63,947 nt of DNA, filler included, from Choristocarpus tenellus KU-1152 (GCA_964200185.2; 12 parts of 12 records of this genome joined end to end with filler, not necessarily neighbours in it), one strand, 5' to 3'; positions 24,593-39,142 are shown, counted from the first letter of the whole stretch. A program made the numbers and translations. Notes: generated from the letters alone by a model not told the origin.

Positions 24593-26688
24593 CTAGTCAG
24601 CCTTCAGCCGGCGTCGACCTCTACGATCCTTCTTGGTCTTATCTCCATCACCCCCTATCCTGCCCACATTGCTACCTACAGCCTCACCCCTTGCATTTCC
24701 AGCAACACTACTGTGACCCACCCTTAGAATCACCCGCAGCAACATGATGGTTCCCACGATGGAGGATAGAAGTGTACCCCAAACCACGATATCTCGATGC
24801 CAAATCAGACCACGGGGAACCTCCAGCAACACTGTTTCAGGCGGAGAGACCAGTACAACAGGTCTTGAAACGTTCTCGGATCCACAACGTATGCTGATGA
24901 GGGGAGGGGGCACCTGTGTAGGTGTGGTGAATGATTTCAACAGTGAAAACATGGGTGTGATGGCACAAAGTCATGGGGAAGGGGGTGGTGAGAGGATGAG
25001 GAGGTAGAGGGGAGGTGGGGAAAAATATCAGGGAAGAAATTAGACCAACTACTTAGAGAAAAGAACTGCCAGCACATACTCCATTTAATGTGTTCTTGCA
25101 GGCCAACATCCGTTTGGAAGCCATATGTGGCAATTTCCCGACATTTTCCAAAAACTAAACAGAACCAGACCATTAATAGTCCTTAAGAAGGACTCAACCC
25201 TCCATTCTTCTTCAGTGGGGGGAACAAATGGATGCACACAGTTGTCATAGTGGTTGAGGTGGCTACAAGGGGATGAAAAAAGGGAGAGATGGGAAAGACT
25301 ACAACTTAAAACCTCATAGTTCCAAGAGCAAAAGGGTCAGAAGAGGTGCAAGGAGATGGAGCATCCATCTCATCAGCTCACTTCAAACCATATGCACTTA
25401 TTCATTGGCTATAATGTTCCCTTCATGCTGCTGCGTCCCTAAGATCAATACTGGGATTGCTCATGAGTATCCACCTTCTAGGACAGCTGTTGCTACGAAA
25501 ATATCCTTACAAACACAAGGGAAGAGGGCTTCATGGTCACAAACCACAGCGCCTAGCAACATAGAATATCAAATTCTCAGCAAGGGTCTTCCCGGTGCAA
25601 AGCAACAAAACCCACCTCAACAAACACATGTCGTTTGCATTCCCGAGACCCCTTTGGGCAACCTGGGTCCGGGTACCTCAGGTGGAGTGGCAATGTCAGT
25701 TGCGCTAGTACCTCATTTCGGCATCCACTTCCAGTCCCCCCTTGACCAGTCCCATTTTCTGCAGTCTTTAGTTCTCCTCCTCCTTTATCGGTACACAGCA
25801 GTGGGGACCAGAACTGGAACCCCACAACATGCTGTCCCGAAGTCGATGCCGGGAGCTCCACATCTATGGGAAAGTCTTCCCATGTGTGAACTACGACTCC
25901 TGGGTGTTTGGGGTGTGATTGGAGGATGTCATAGTCATGCCTTGCCTGAGATTGTATTCGTCCAGGGGGGGGCAGGGGGGGGGGAAAGGGGGATATACAT
26001 CAGGTGGTTGGTAGTCAAGACCAACGATGTCTTGCATCAGGGTTATTGGTGATGAGGCTACACCTCTTGTGAGCAAGCAGACAAACCTGAAAACAACTTG
26101 ACTTTAATCTATTCTAGTGTCGCCAGAGTGTTAGGTATTATAACCAAGCCACAAATACCATGGCTTAATTGTGTCCTGCACTGGGCATGAGCTAGGAAAG
26201 TGGCAAGTCTTGCCTGTGTCCTCCTTGATCTTTCACTTAGGCAAAAAAATGGGTTTGCTGTTCCTGCATCAAAGAGCGACAACAATCCTAATCCAAGTGA
26301 AAAAAAAAATCCAACAAAACATCCATTAATAAGGCTACACAGTTCTACAGAACCTGCAGGAAAATGTACTAAAAATATATATCACAGCATGTGATGGTCA
26401 AAAGTCGTATTGAGCTCCCAATCTTATGGACACCGTGAGCAAGATCAACCTCCCAGGTTCCCTCTCCTTGGTCACTTCCCCTGCCCCACCATGATGTTTA
26501 CTTGCCTTGACCTCATCCACATCAATGTATGCCCCCACAGGGAGGTGTTGCGACAGCCAAAGCTGACACCACTCGCCAGACATGTTATTGTCCACCATTC
26601 CCGGAGGGTCCCCATGTTGCTGGTCATGGCATAGGAGGCCACTTAACTCATTGCACCCACCTTGCCTTGCATGTACCTTCACAACCAC
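24593..26688 (-). CDS. PIGX: PIG-X / PBN1 family GPI mannosyltransferase I stabilising subunit (5' partial)
   Basis: Exon 26688 to about 26506 (CQLWLSQHLPVGAYIDVDEVK), exon 25899-25616 (PIDVELPAS..LPLHLRYPDP) and terminal exon 24913-24593 (EVPRGLIWHRDIVVWGTLL, TM helix, stop). The LPxGxYxD, IDxExP, PLHxRY and VPxG..H..V..T motifs are PIG-X hallmarks in the correct order. The last two exons join in phase. Confidence 0.85.
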
Positions 26689-26956
26689 CTTTACATAACA
26701 TTACAAAATGAGAGAGACAGAGAGACAGAGAGAGCCATCAAGAGGAAATCAGGGTAGGTGATTCCACCTGACCTCTTGTGCACCATCCCTTAATACGGTG
26801 AACACAAGGGGGGGGGGGGAAATCTCATTCACCAANNNNNNNNNNNNNNNNNNNNNNNNNNNNNNNNNNNNNNNNNNNNTTAATTAATTAANNNNNNNNN
26901 NNNNNNNNNNNNNNNNNNNNNNNNNNNNNNNNNNNAATAGTGGAGAAGAAGTGGAA

Positions 26957-26993
<37 letters not shown>

Positions 26994-27313
26994 AAGAAGC
27001 AAAAAATGAAAGACCCTACCAGTCATGGGTGCATGTTCCAGAAAAGAAAAAAGTGAATTGGATATGAAACTACTGTCAGACAAGCGGAGTCCCCATCCAT
27101 CACTCTATTCTAAAAAAAATATGTATCTCTAGGGTTAGGGTTATAATCGCAGAAAAGAGTAGTGTCTCAAATTTGATGGTTAAGCTAGCACTAACAAAAT
27201 GCAATGGATGTATCTGAAGGGGGGGAGGGGAGGGGGGTGGGGGTGGGGGGGGCACAAACTCCACCAATCAGACTGCTCGTACATTACACTGAGCCAATAG
27301 GATCAATTTAGTG

Positions 27314-27359
27314 CAACCACAACCACAACCACAACCACAACAACAACAACAACAACAAC
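27314..27359. repeat. (CAACCA)n-(CAA)n microsatellite
   Basis: Directly visible; lies 3' of the minus-strand stop at 27405. Confidence 0.9.
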
Positions 27360-27404
27360 TTTTTTTAGTCCTTCTTCTGCCATTTTTTCTTAATCATCTT
27401 TTAT

Positions 27405-29696
27405 TTACTCCACAGCGGTCGAATCCTTTCCTCCCCACGGAGGAACACCCCCTGAAGGTTCAACTACCGGAGGAAGGAGGGCGCTCGAAGCAGATGGTAT
27501 CATCAGCGGAGATACCCTCTGAAAACCAAGGTCAATACTCTCACGAATCGACAGCTCCAGAGAAGAAATGGTTCGGCCCAGAGCTCGACCCACAGCTCTG
27601 TCCACAACTTCCTCCAGTCCTGTTGATGGCATTGGTCCTGATCCAAGAGCCGGACCCACGACCCCGCTCTCCCCTGCAACCCCATGTAATGAGAACCCCC
27701 ACCCAACAGAGTTGGTATCCACAGCACTCTGGACAGCGCCTCCATCCTGTTCTGATGGTGCTAACCCTGGGCTGCCAGTGCTGTTGTTGTAGCTGTTCTT
27801 GGCAAAGGTCAGACGCTACCAAACACCAAGGTCAGCGTAGGGGAGTTCAAGCAACAAGGGAGGCGGGAACAGGGGTAGGGACAGGGTGACAGGAGGGTGC
27901 TATGAATTTAGCAGATGTTGATACAAAAAAGCGACATGGGGGAGGGGGAGTGGGAGTGGGAGTAGTATGGATAGGTCAAAGCAACTATCAGTAGAAAAAA
28001 TGTGTCAACGTAAGAAATATTGTCATCACATCTAACTTTGTGTTTGTTCTGGCAGATTGACTCTCTCTCTCTCTCCCCCTACAAGGAGTTCATAGAATAT
28101 ACTGCATGTTTTCATTCATATTCTTTAAAACGTAGACACTGTGTCGCTATTGATGCCACTTAAAAATAAAAAAATTAATATCTCAAAAAAAAAATCGGAA
28201 TAATAATAGTTATAACCAAAACCCTAACCATACCACACTCAAAAAGACAACTGACCCCCCTGCAACTCACCATTATTATTTGTACCAAAAAATGATAACA
28301 GTTCCACAACAGTACCTACTCCATACACCAACACTACACAGTAATAATAATAATAATAATAGAAGAAGTCGCCTCAACATTGCCAGGGTTGACAAAACAG
28401 CTGACTTTTTTTTCCTGAACACACAACCAAACCTCCCCCTCCCCCCTTCCAATTCCCATCTCCCCAAGCCCCCCCCACCCACGGACTCAAGAGAGACCCC
28501 AACAACAGGACAACAAGCAGTGAACAAACAAACCTCTGCTGGTAGAAGAAGCTCTGCAAGGACAGGGCTGCTTTCCATCTGCGCCCTTGCCTCCCTACTG
28601 CTCTTCTCCACTTCACGTACACTGGGGGTGTGGGGGGGGGTGACCAAGGATTGCTGGGATTGGTAGGTCTTTCTAGGCGTCTGCAGATACAGGAATATAT
28701 GTACATACATACCTATTATGTATGTTTTTATGAGATGGGAGAAAAAGCTACAGAGATACTCGGAAGAATTAGGGTTAGGGTTAGGCAAAAAAGGTACAGG
28801 AAAAAAGGTACAAAGAGTGGTTAGAGAGGCAAAAAAGGTGTAAGAAAGAAGGTACAATCAACAACAAAAAAAGCAGAGATGGATACGGACTGCAATAAGA
28901 AAAAAAAGAGAGAATCGAATAAAAAATGAAATAGCAAAAAAAAAAAATGAACATCCATACAGTGCTCTGAAACAGTTCATCCAAAAAATGTATTGTTCCT
29001 CTTCGTCTCTCAAACGCCTCCAAGTCTTTCAGAACAAAAACGTAACCACTTACACTCCGTAGAAATATTAAATAAAAATATATATATTTTTTCCCATTTT
29101 TTAAGCACACTAGTACACAAATAATAATAAAATAACAATCAAATCGTAGAACATATTATAGAAAAAAAAACGGCGAGTAGAAGAAGTACCTAAAAAAACA
29201 ACTAGCAATACCTTCATCAAAGTGTGTGTCCAAACAACAAGAATAAAAGACACTCTCAATACATACTCACTACACAAACCTCCGGACAACCAATATACAC
29301 CATCAGTACCACAGAACGATACCCTCCTTCAACACACAATACAAACAAACATAAATAAGAACACACACACACACACACACAAAAATACAAAAAATTGAAC
29401 TAAAGTTGTTTTTTTTAAAGGGGCACTTCTAGCGGTATTGTTTATTGTTCTTTTCCTTAAAAAAAAACAAAAAACACACACACACCACAAAAGACAATAC
29501 ACCGGCATAGAACCTTCTTGGAAAAAAAAAGAAAAATATATCACACTGAACGATCAGAGGGACTCATTCACCTCTTCTTTGTCTCCAGCATGAGTTCATC
29601 AGAGTACTGAGGGAATGCAGAAACAATCTTCCAGAAATTAACCCTCCGCAGAGCATATGCATCCACCTCTGTGTTTGCCCTTGCAGTCAACTGCAC
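27405..29696 (-). CDS. 3' part of a cyclic-nucleotide-binding-domain protein (probably a CNG/HCN/KCNH-type cation channel)
   Basis: Phase-consistent exons 29696-29572, 29326-29280 (or 29271), 29025-28961, 28680-28534 and 27815-27405. The first reads LTARANTEVDAYALRRVNFWKIVSAFPQYSDEL, the end of a cNMP-binding domain (TxRAxTxxDxYxLxxxxFxxxxxxFP). No pore region lies in this contig, so channel identity is an inference. Confidence 0.7.
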
Positions 29697-30426
29697 TCCC
29701 CCCCCCCCCCCCCCCCCCCCCCCCCCNNNNNNNNNNNNNNNNNNNNNNNNNNNNNNNNNNNNNNNNNNNNTTAATTAATTAANNNNNNNNNNNNNNNNNN
29801 NNNNNNNNNNNNNNNNNNNNNNNNNNCCCCACCCCCATGTCCAAACATCCTGCTCTAATGTGTGTTCCCCCCTGTAATGTGCTAGGGTAATTGTTCTGTT
29901 GTTATTTTTTTGTTTTGTTTTTATCATTATTCTATTTCTGTAATATTATTCTGAGGGGTCTCAGATCTACATTCAGAAGTTGTAGGAGAGGATGGGCTAT
30001 AGATGTTATAAGAGAAACGACCTAAGAAGGGGGAAGAAAGCTAAGACCCCGACACTGTTTGCTGGAGCATTCAATGACACCGCCAGCACGTCTAACCCTA
30101 ACCCTAAACCCTAAACCAAGTCCAGTGTAAATTGAACTAAGGAAATCAGTTCCATCCATCCAAGTACCACCCATCACAATCCAAGAACCGAGAAAAGACA
30201 GATAAGAAATTTCTCAGCAGGTTCTGGAGTGCTCACACAGTGTGTCATAGTATACTTTGTACCCCTCTACCCCCAACCTTCCTTCATCTACCCCGCCCCC
30301 CCCTTCTTGATGTATAACTCTTACCTATGTTAGTTGCCCTTCATTACCTTGTTGACTTCCTGTGGTCACCTTCTCGTTTTTTTTACAGTGCCCCGTCTTC
30401 TTCTCCCCCTTTTGTGATCGTTGCAG

Positions 30427-32328
30427 TTTCCTTATTGGACCCGGCAGGCAATTTAAGAAGATGTTCCATAAGAAGAGGCGTGTGGCCTGCATTGTTTATC
30501 TGGTCCTTCTTGTCACTGTCTTCGCCATAGCTCTAGCGGTGAGCAGAAACTCCCTAACCCTAACCCTAACCCTAGCCCTATGCTTTCATCTAATTAATAC
30601 AGATATTTCACCATCCCCAGTTAAAGGCACACTTGGTGATTCTTTCCTCACACTGTATATATACCACAATCTGTTTCCTCCATCCTTGTAAACCTGGGCC
30701 GCCTGCCTGTGTGGAGACCCATTAAATTAACTGCCTGAACAAAGTTAGAGGAATTTCCACTACGTTTGTTCCTGCGCTTTTGCTGTTATAATTTTGTTGT
30801 CGTGTAACAAGAATTAGGAATGCCACTGGCTCCATGCCAATGATATATGTTACCCACCTGGACCAGTGTGCCATGCTCCTGGGATCCATCTTTTCCAGTA
30901 TTGTGAATTGCAATCACTACAACTCCACTTGTCAAAGAATAGCTGACATCAACATTGAGAGGTTTTGATTGGTCGGGTAAATATCTGAATGCTGTACACG
31001 CTGCTGCTGTTTGGTTCTTACTGAGTGCACCAGAGTATTGGGCTGTTTTAAGTTGTACTCATATATTTCTCATCTTTATGGACACAAATGATACATTGTG
31101 GATTTCAAATGAAAATAGGAAGGTTTTTAAAAAGAGAAGAATTTTTGTTTGAAGTGTGCCCTCTCTCTCTCTGTATATATATATGTATATAAATATAAAA
31201 TATAAAATGAGGAAAAAAGAGTTTTGAACGCCTTGTCAGATGTCGCAACCATATTGTACACCTGCTTGAAGGTTCTTGCTCCCTGATGCTTTAGATAAAA
31301 TTCAGAATACAAATAAACCGCCCGGAAGCTGAGAAAATGGCGCTCTCTACTCATATTTGTGACAAGCGTTTTCCACACTATGAGAGATGGCCTTACTATG
31401 TACTCAAAAGTGTCATTTTGACTAAGTGTGTGACATGCATGGCAATTTCGTGGAACTTATTTTTATGTTTCTTTCAGGTGACAGATCAAAATGCTTCCAT
31501 TCTGATCTCAATAATTCTTCTGTCGTTACGATCGACGGAATTGGACTGCCGTAATTCATACACATCCTTTTGGCAAACTTCCCTCTGCCCCTCTTCACAC
31601 ATGCTACTCTATTGAGTGTTTCCTCCCCAGAAGTGCTCTATTATAGCAAGCTTTACATCCTTTGCCCAATCTCTCTTGCTCCCTGCTCTACCACTGCATT
31701 ATCCCATGTTTGAGTTGACACTGACAAACCACACAACACTTTGGTGTCTCTACACCAGTAGCACACTCAGGGTTAGGGTTTCTATGCATGGATTATCATT
31801 AACCTAAGTCCAACTGGTGGGAATAATAATAAAAAAGATTACCATTTGAACGAGAACAGATGTTCGCAAGCTTTTTTATTTTATTGCTTTTCGTCAAGAT
31901 CGTACACTCACTTTCCTGTTGTTTGGACAGGCTTTTTCACCTTGAAATAAGAAGAAACTGTGCACAAGACAGACTCGCTCATGTCGATGTAGCTGCTCCC
32001 CTCTTTTGTCATTTAGTATTCTCCCCACCTGACAAACTATGTTGTGGTTTGACTTTGCTGCCCCCCCCCCCTCCCATGGTCTGCTCCACTACTCTGGATT
32101 CATACCCCTGTAAATTTCAATGTGATTGGGTATTTGATCGTCTGGCCTCATCATCGTTGACTGGATGTCTAGGGTCTGCCTTTTATTGTGGTGTTGGTTC
32201 TCCTAATCTTCCAGGCGATGGCTGCGGTGTGGTACACAGCGTCGTATATTCCATATGGACGGGCGATGATCAAGAGCGCAGTTTGTCCTTGTCTAAAAGA
32301 CCTGGAGGAGGGGGGGGGACAAGGATAA
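30427..32328 (+). CDS. SFT2: Vesicle transport protein SFT2 (Got1/Sft2 family), last two exons
   Basis: Exon 30427-30538 (FLIGPGRQFKKMFHKKRRVACIVYL..) joins in phase to 32173-32328 (GLPFIVVLVLLIFQAMAAVWYTASYIPYGR..*). FLxGPxxQxKxMF and WYxxSYIPYGR are Sft2 signatures. Confidence 0.9.
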
Positions 32329-34880
32329 CATTTCCGTATGGCATGCGACATGATGCAGATAGAGGGATGTGTCCCCTCTCAAGACAAGTTTATGTTTTGT
32401 TTGCTCTCTGGTATCTTCATGCCCAGTTACCAAAATCCCTTCCAAGGTTGTGGGTCAAACGCACATATCTATGTTTATGCTCAAGTGTGATGTTGGTGAG
32501 TAGGTTCTTAATTCTCTTGGCATAACTGGAATGCCGTTTTCAGTGTGCCTTATTCTTGGCATTCAATCCTCAGATGATACTTCTCTTTGGAATAAGCCAA
32601 GTATGTGTGTTTGTGTGTTAGTGTGTGTTATTGTGTGTTAGTGTTAGTGTTGCGTTCAGAGAAAGTGTTAGTGTTAAGTTCCAATATCTACGTTTGCAGT
32701 GTGGTTCCTGGAGACCTTTGGGATGACATCCTCAGCATGCTTCTATTGTGGAAATGTAGTAGGGGCTTGAGCAGGGGTTCAGTCCCACCCCTTGTTTTTC
32801 AGTTAGAGAAAAGCGGTTTTATTTCAGCATTGCATGTTGTTGTGGGTCACAAGGTGAACACCTGTGAAATGGGTTGGAACAGGTGAGATCAAGTCAGTCC
32901 TGCCATAGTGTTTCCCTCCTAAATCATGTGTTTGCTGTTGTATAGGAGCATAACAACAGACACAACTGCCTGTGCAGACCAGTGTATATATGGGGAGAAC
33001 TAGGAGGAATGACTATAATGGACTCATCCATGTTGTTGAGATATTATGGAATTGCGAGGAGGAAAGATGGTCAGCACTTTCTTACCCTCAGTCTCTTTTT
33101 ATCTGATTGACTCTTGAGTCAGTATTTTTATACATAATCATTTGACTGCTAAGAAAGGAGTGGGTATGGGGAGCAGTGTCCAACGGAGTAGGTAGTAGTA
33201 TAAACATCAAAGGCGACAATGATGTCACAAAAGACATACAACAGGAGCATATGGGAGACAGGCAGATATGGTGTATTTGTTATATATTCCAACTGCACAG
33301 TGGGGGTGTAAGCGGGATCTGAGACCCTTGTTATGACCTGGTCTGAAGAAAATTTGATAATGCGACATAAAATAATAGTACTCTTAATGGTAGAATGATT
33401 TAAAATATAAAATGCTGCCAGCCTGACAGCAATGGATTCTTTTGAATTTTGTTGGTTTCAGCCGGAAGTCACACACACACACACAGACAGTATGGTGTAG
33501 TGCTTACTCAAGGATAATTGCATAGAACCGTCCTCGAACAAATTACTTCGAAAATCCTTGTAAATTGTGCTGAATTCTCCTGAGAAGCATTAACCCGCCC
33601 TTTTACTTTCTCCACCAAGTCTACCTTATTTGTAAAAAATAAACTAGAACAAACAAATCGGAGGGAATTTGAAAACGTTCTCGGACCTTCCCTTCTACCT
33701 TACATTCCATTAGGTTCGTTGAACACTGTGGGAATGGTTGAGCCAAAATGTAATTGTTTTTACGCTGTCTGGGACGTCTTAATTACCTTAGTTGCCTTCA
33801 TTACTGCGGGTAAAGAATTCTGTGTTCTCAAATATGTGAAAGGTTAAACTAAACCATAGACCCCACAGTAGTTACACGTGTCGTACTGTCTCCTGGTGGG
33901 CACTGGAGGACTGAGATTGAGCGTATCTTCTTTTTTCCCCCAGCACATCCCTCCAGGGTTTACCCAGTTCCAAACAGCCTTGTTCCTGGTGCTCAGCAGC
34001 TACCACTCTCTTACTCACATTCCTCCCTGTAGTGTCCTATGTTGGTAAGGAAACGTCGGAAGAAGCTCATTATGATTGTTGCAAGTATGACACACACACA
34101 AATATTACTCAACCAACAGGATTGTTGCAACATGTGTTCACCTGAGTGCATGTTGTTTTTCTGTACACTACTGGTGGATTTTTCTACGAGTATAAAGGAG
34201 TGATTGCGACTCTTTTAAAGACATGCCTTGTATTTCGAGCCTTAGAACACTGGGCCGGCAGGCGAGACGGGGCTTGACAGACATGAGGGACTTCTCTTGT
34301 TCTTAGATGGTCGTCATAGAGCCAGTATTGGAGTACTTTCAGCTGTACGTATCTTACGACGTCTCTCGTTTTTTGTTTTCAAATCAATACGTAGGCAAAC
34401 CAGTTGAAAGGTAGGCAGATTTGGACCCTTTGGCATTCTGAGCCATCTTTCTTAACTTGTGCAGTTCAATGTATTTCCTTGAATTATACACGCAATAGTT
34501 TACGCAAGATTGGTATTCCCCCTTTCCTCACACAAAGGGACACAACAATTCAGTGAAGGCTCTCTCTGTAGTTGTACAAAATGACATATTTTTGCCCCCT
34601 ATCTGGATCCTTAAACTATAACCCCTTCCTAACTCTCAGTTGGCTTGACTCACAACTCTGGTTGGTGTGTCAGAAGGTCTTCAATGCAATAAGAAATGTA
34701 CAAATCCTGTTGTAGTCAAGGTCGGTATGTTCTTTGCCATCCATGTTTCTCTTTTTTTCGACCCTAAGTATCTGTGGGGGNNNNNNNNNNNNNNNNNNNN
34801 NNNNNNNNNNNNNNNNNNNNNNNNTTAATTAATTAANNNNNNNNNNNNNNNNNNNNNNNNNNNNNNNNNNNNNNNNNNNN

Positions 34881-34968
34881 GTACGCAACCAAATTACCCA
34901 AAAATCGCGACATAAAAAAATTGTCCCCAATTGGACAGCCGCTACCCCCCCCCCTGATACTACGAGCC
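34881..34968 (-). mobile_element. MITE family B, partial at contig start
   Basis: ccccaattggacagccgc..cccctgatactacgagcc is the reverse complement of the family B end. Confidence 0.7.
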
Positions 34969-35856
34969 TTGTTCTTTCTCGATCCATGGCAACTTCTCCA
35001 AAATTTGTTGTGGGCAAATGTGATAGCCACCTTCATGGCAAAGTGTACTTTAAAAGTGCCCTTCTTTTAGAAGGTATACTTCAGTCTATTTCTTCCTATC
35101 GCATCAAGATTACTTCCTAATAAGATCGATATTGGGTTGTTGAGTGGAGGTCATAAAAAAACCCCTCGTTCATTTCCCTTGTCACGCCTTTCCAGATTGA
35201 CCTTCTGAGGCTTGCTTACCCTTCTACCTTGTCTCTCCCCCTTCCATTCCTCCTGCAGGTCTTCCCACTCCCCCTCAGTTTGCAGAACCTGTTTGCCGGT
35301 TTTCACCTGTTTCACACAAAAAAAGTATCCTTCACACAATAGTAATCGTAGTATAATATCAAGCCAAACCAATTGAGAGGTAGGCAGGTTTACATTTGAT
35401 GAATACTGAGAAAGAAGGGTAAAAACATATCATTTTGTACAATTGAAAAATGATATTTTGTTGAATTGTGGTGTCACTTCGAGAGTGGAAAGGAGTAACA
35501 TCAATTTTGCGTACACAATTGTTCACATGAAGCAAAAGAATAAAGTGTATTGCGCAGGGTAAGAATGACAGCTTAGAGAATGCAAAATGGTCCAAACTTG
35601 CCTGTTTCTTTACTGATTTGGCTCTCATTAATAGTTCAGTAGTAGTAGTAAGTAGTAGTAGTAGAGCGCCACAATGTTAGAAATAGTGCGTACTATGAAT
35701 CAAAAGGAATCAAGAGTGATTGTAACTTAGCACTATTGATAGCTTGAAACCAATAGTGTGAGAGGTAGTCGTGCTCGCGAGCAATTCTTGAAAGCATTTT
35801 TCAGACGCTTTTTAGTAACTGAAAGTTGGATACGTTCGCTAGAAAAAAGATAATAT

Positions 35857-36130
35857 ATGGAGGGATGAAGTCGTATTAATGATGTAGCAGTAGGAGTCAA
35901 TACATTGTAAGGTGTGTTCGCGTGTCATCAGATTGTATTTACTACAATGTGGAAGAACTCTCTCTTTGTATTTACCCTCCCGAGCTAGGGATGTGCTTGC
36001 CTGATTGGTGGTATTGAAATGTCCAACATGGTCTACTCTTGACAAGGAACCTGGCGATGACCACCTGTCACTCTGATTCGTCCTTTGAGAGGGACATCAT
36101 TTGATCGAGTGTACACATCGTCACAGGTGG
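35857..36130 (-). mobile_element. Old dispersed repeat (probable retrotransposon gag 5' relic), copy 1
   Basis: Collinear with 46088-46345: shared atggagggatgaagtc, atcagattgtat, cactctgat and gagtgtac blocks. Confidence 0.55.
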
Positions 36131-38891
36131 TAGATGTACTTTTTTAGCGAGTGCAGTCATCGTCAAATCCGTTCTGAAAGGTGCTAAATGCTCGAAATCG
36201 ATTATTTTTATATTCGAAAGGTGTTGAACCACGACTTGGTTCGACGTTGAAGGGAGGATGTGTAACCATCATGTTACTATGCGCATAAATTTCGTGAGTT
36301 CAACCCGTTTATGTCGGACTTACTGTTCATAGAGATACCTTTTAACGAAGAACAGCAGCAAACAATTAGACAGGTGAAGGGAAGGGGGCTGATATGATTT
36401 TATTGGTTCCGGATGGTTAGATATACACCACTTCAATTCTACTGATAACTACTATCCCAGCCAGAGTAGCATTAGTTACGCAAGATTATGTTTTGAACTG
36501 TTACTTTCGATTTGCATTTGTTAGGATGTCATGAGATCAAGAGTGAGTCAACTTCTGAATATGGAGTTCTTTGCGAGAAACAATCTTCCGCTGTTGTACC
36601 TGTCAATCGTAAATGATGAGGGTAACAAGAAGACCAATTAACATACAAATCGCCTGCCTATTTAACGTATAAAATACAAAATACCTTAGTAAATGAAAAG
36701 CATATTTGTGGAAAATGAAACACATAATCTTCTCTATTTTTTAAACTGAGCCTCAAGGTCCCTATCCATTTTGTTTGGGGGGGAGGGGCGAGCGAGACTA
36801 ACTGACCTATGACGCATGATGAGTGTATGCCTATTCAGGGGATCAAGTCTGAGCTTCATCGACACCTTGGAGCATGTTCGTTTGTTGTACTGATCGCTTC
36901 CTTCGGGTAGAGAGTTACCGTGACATAAAGAAAGGTTGTTGGTCACTTTTTCCCATCTTGAAGAGTTGTTGTTCAGGTAGGCACAAATAACCTGCACATG
37001 AATACACATATTTCTAATAGGTGGACTGTAGATAAAGCACCCACAAGTAATGCTTCATACTTGGAGTACGCCTGTCTTTGTAGATATGAGTTGTTACACA
37101 AAGATTGATTGCAAAGCAATATGTAGACGACCACCAGTAGTTGAATAGCCTACAGATGACATACCATCACTTGAATAGAATACAATCAGTACTGATGACC
37201 CTTTTCAACCCCCTCCACTCTGGCATACATCAGTCAGACATAAACAAATATGCCTTCCTGTGATAATCAAACACGGTATCAATGGCTGTATGTACCAGCA
37301 GCGATCTGAAGTAGTTTGATGAACACCTCTCTCTTTAACATAAAGAAGCTACGGTTGAGGTAGGACTGACATCCATGACCTTTCTGTTTTGCTTTCCACA
37401 ACAGAATGTAGGTTCTCCTTGATGTTCTTCCAGTCACCAGTCATAATCAGTATGCATGCATCCAGTCATTGTAGATACATCTTTCATCATCTTTCTTGAA
37501 AGCGAGGATGACCACTTGCAATCAGCCAACTGAAAAGATGTAGCAACAACAGGCAGTCACTACAGAAATCAGGAGAGAAAAAAAAAAATACTGGGGCAGG
37601 GGAGGGGGTCATGGGACGAGAGAACACACACGCACAGAAACCTCCCAAAATGTGACAACTCTGACATCACGCATTGGGGATGGGGCAGGGGGAGGGGGGG
37701 ATGGAGGCAGGGGGGCAGGGGGGGGGGGGAAGGGGAGATAATCCCGTTCCCTGGTACAATACAGAGCTATATAAGAACGAGAGGAAGGGGTCCTCTCACA
37801 CAAAAAAACAAAAATAGCCTTTGCCTCCCCTGGGTACATGTGGCATTCTTGTCTGCAACAAAAACAAAACAATATCCTGCTACTTGCTTGATCCATCCTC
37901 CCATCATATATGTTGATTTCACACCCCTCCGAAAAAATATGTAACATCAGGCAGTGTACCCAGCAGAGGGAGGGTTGAACCATGCAGGGCACAGAGGCCT
38001 CCTCCACGCCCGCTTTTTTACTTCCACGGAATAAAAAAGGGAAGTTGTTCATATTTGTCGATTTCTTGCTGCCCTAACAATGCACTCAAGCAAACCCTCC
38101 TCCCCAAGGGGCAAGGGGGGAGAAACCCTCAATATATATATATATGTATGTATCTAAATAGAACTAACCGTCTATAACAATCACTACTACTACTGCTAAC
38201 TTTGACCCTCTACCATACTACGTAGTGTCATCAGGGCAAACAGTTAAGAGACAGTACTTCCCTATCCCTCAACACCCTAAAAACGGTTTGTTTTTTTTGC
38301 AACGCCTTCCCTTCCCTTCATTCAGCTTGTCACCAAATCCACAGAATAAGATATTCATCCTTGTGCACCAATTAATAGCGCAATGGAAGAATCAAACAAA
38401 AAATAACCCAGCATGAACATGAATACAAGAAAGCAAAAAACTTGCTTGCCCATTTGTTAACAGTAGTTGTCCGCCCTACCCTATCAGGGACCACCTTAAT
38501 CGCTGCTACACTCCTCATTGCACTCACCCCTCTTCCTCTCTTAACCTGAAGGTCTTAAAATAGACGCTATACAAGCTGACCCGCCCCCCCAGACTACCAT
38601 CGGAACTCTGTCTTCATGTTGAAAGAAGAGGACGGGGGAGGCGACAAGGATACAATAAGATACGTGTCATTAAAAACGAGACGGAAAACATTCCTTTACC
38701 CTTCAGCCCCACACTCCCATATAATACTCGACTGCAGAACAAGGGAAATAGAAGGGACAAGACCAATCCCTCCATCTGCACCCAATCAAAAAAAGGGTAC
38801 AAGAAGCAACCACACGCCATAACAACAGTCTACAGGATAGAGAGTTTCAGGGCACCTACGTACTACAATAGCCAATAGAATCTCAGAAAAT

Positions 38892-39054
38892 TCAACGGGT
38901 GAAATCCCCGTCAAACCCTACAAAACCACTGAGCAGGAACACGATATAGAATGGCTTCTTCTCTAATCTAGAGCACCAGTTCCACGCGCTGGTCAAGCGT
39001 CCATCCACACAACTGCCTGCCTCGTAGTCATTATCACCTCCCGAACCGTCAAAC
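38892..39054 (-). CDS. UPF0652 / DUF2009 family protein, terminal exon
   Basis: TAG acceptor, then FDGSGGDNDYEAGSCVDGRLTSAWNWCSRLEKKPFYIVFLLSGFVGFDGDFTR*. FDGSG..AGSCxDGRLTSAWNWC..GFxGFDG is the conserved C-terminus of this family. Confidence 0.88.
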
Positions 39055-39105
39055 CTACAAAAAGAGCCGGTACGTACATGAAAGACAGAGGGAGGAGAAG
39101 AGGAA

Positions 39106-39142
<37 letters not shown>

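Noticed and set aside
25273-26052. 259-aa plus-strand ORF
   Set aside because: Antisense shadow of the PIG-X exons; no recognisable protein features.
27311-27889. 192-aa poly-Q plus-strand ORF
   Set aside because: It starts in a microsatellite and overlaps the minus-strand terminal exon, which has proper splice signals.
31860-32525. 221-aa plus-strand ORF
   Set aside because: The conserved Sft2 exon lies in a different frame within it.
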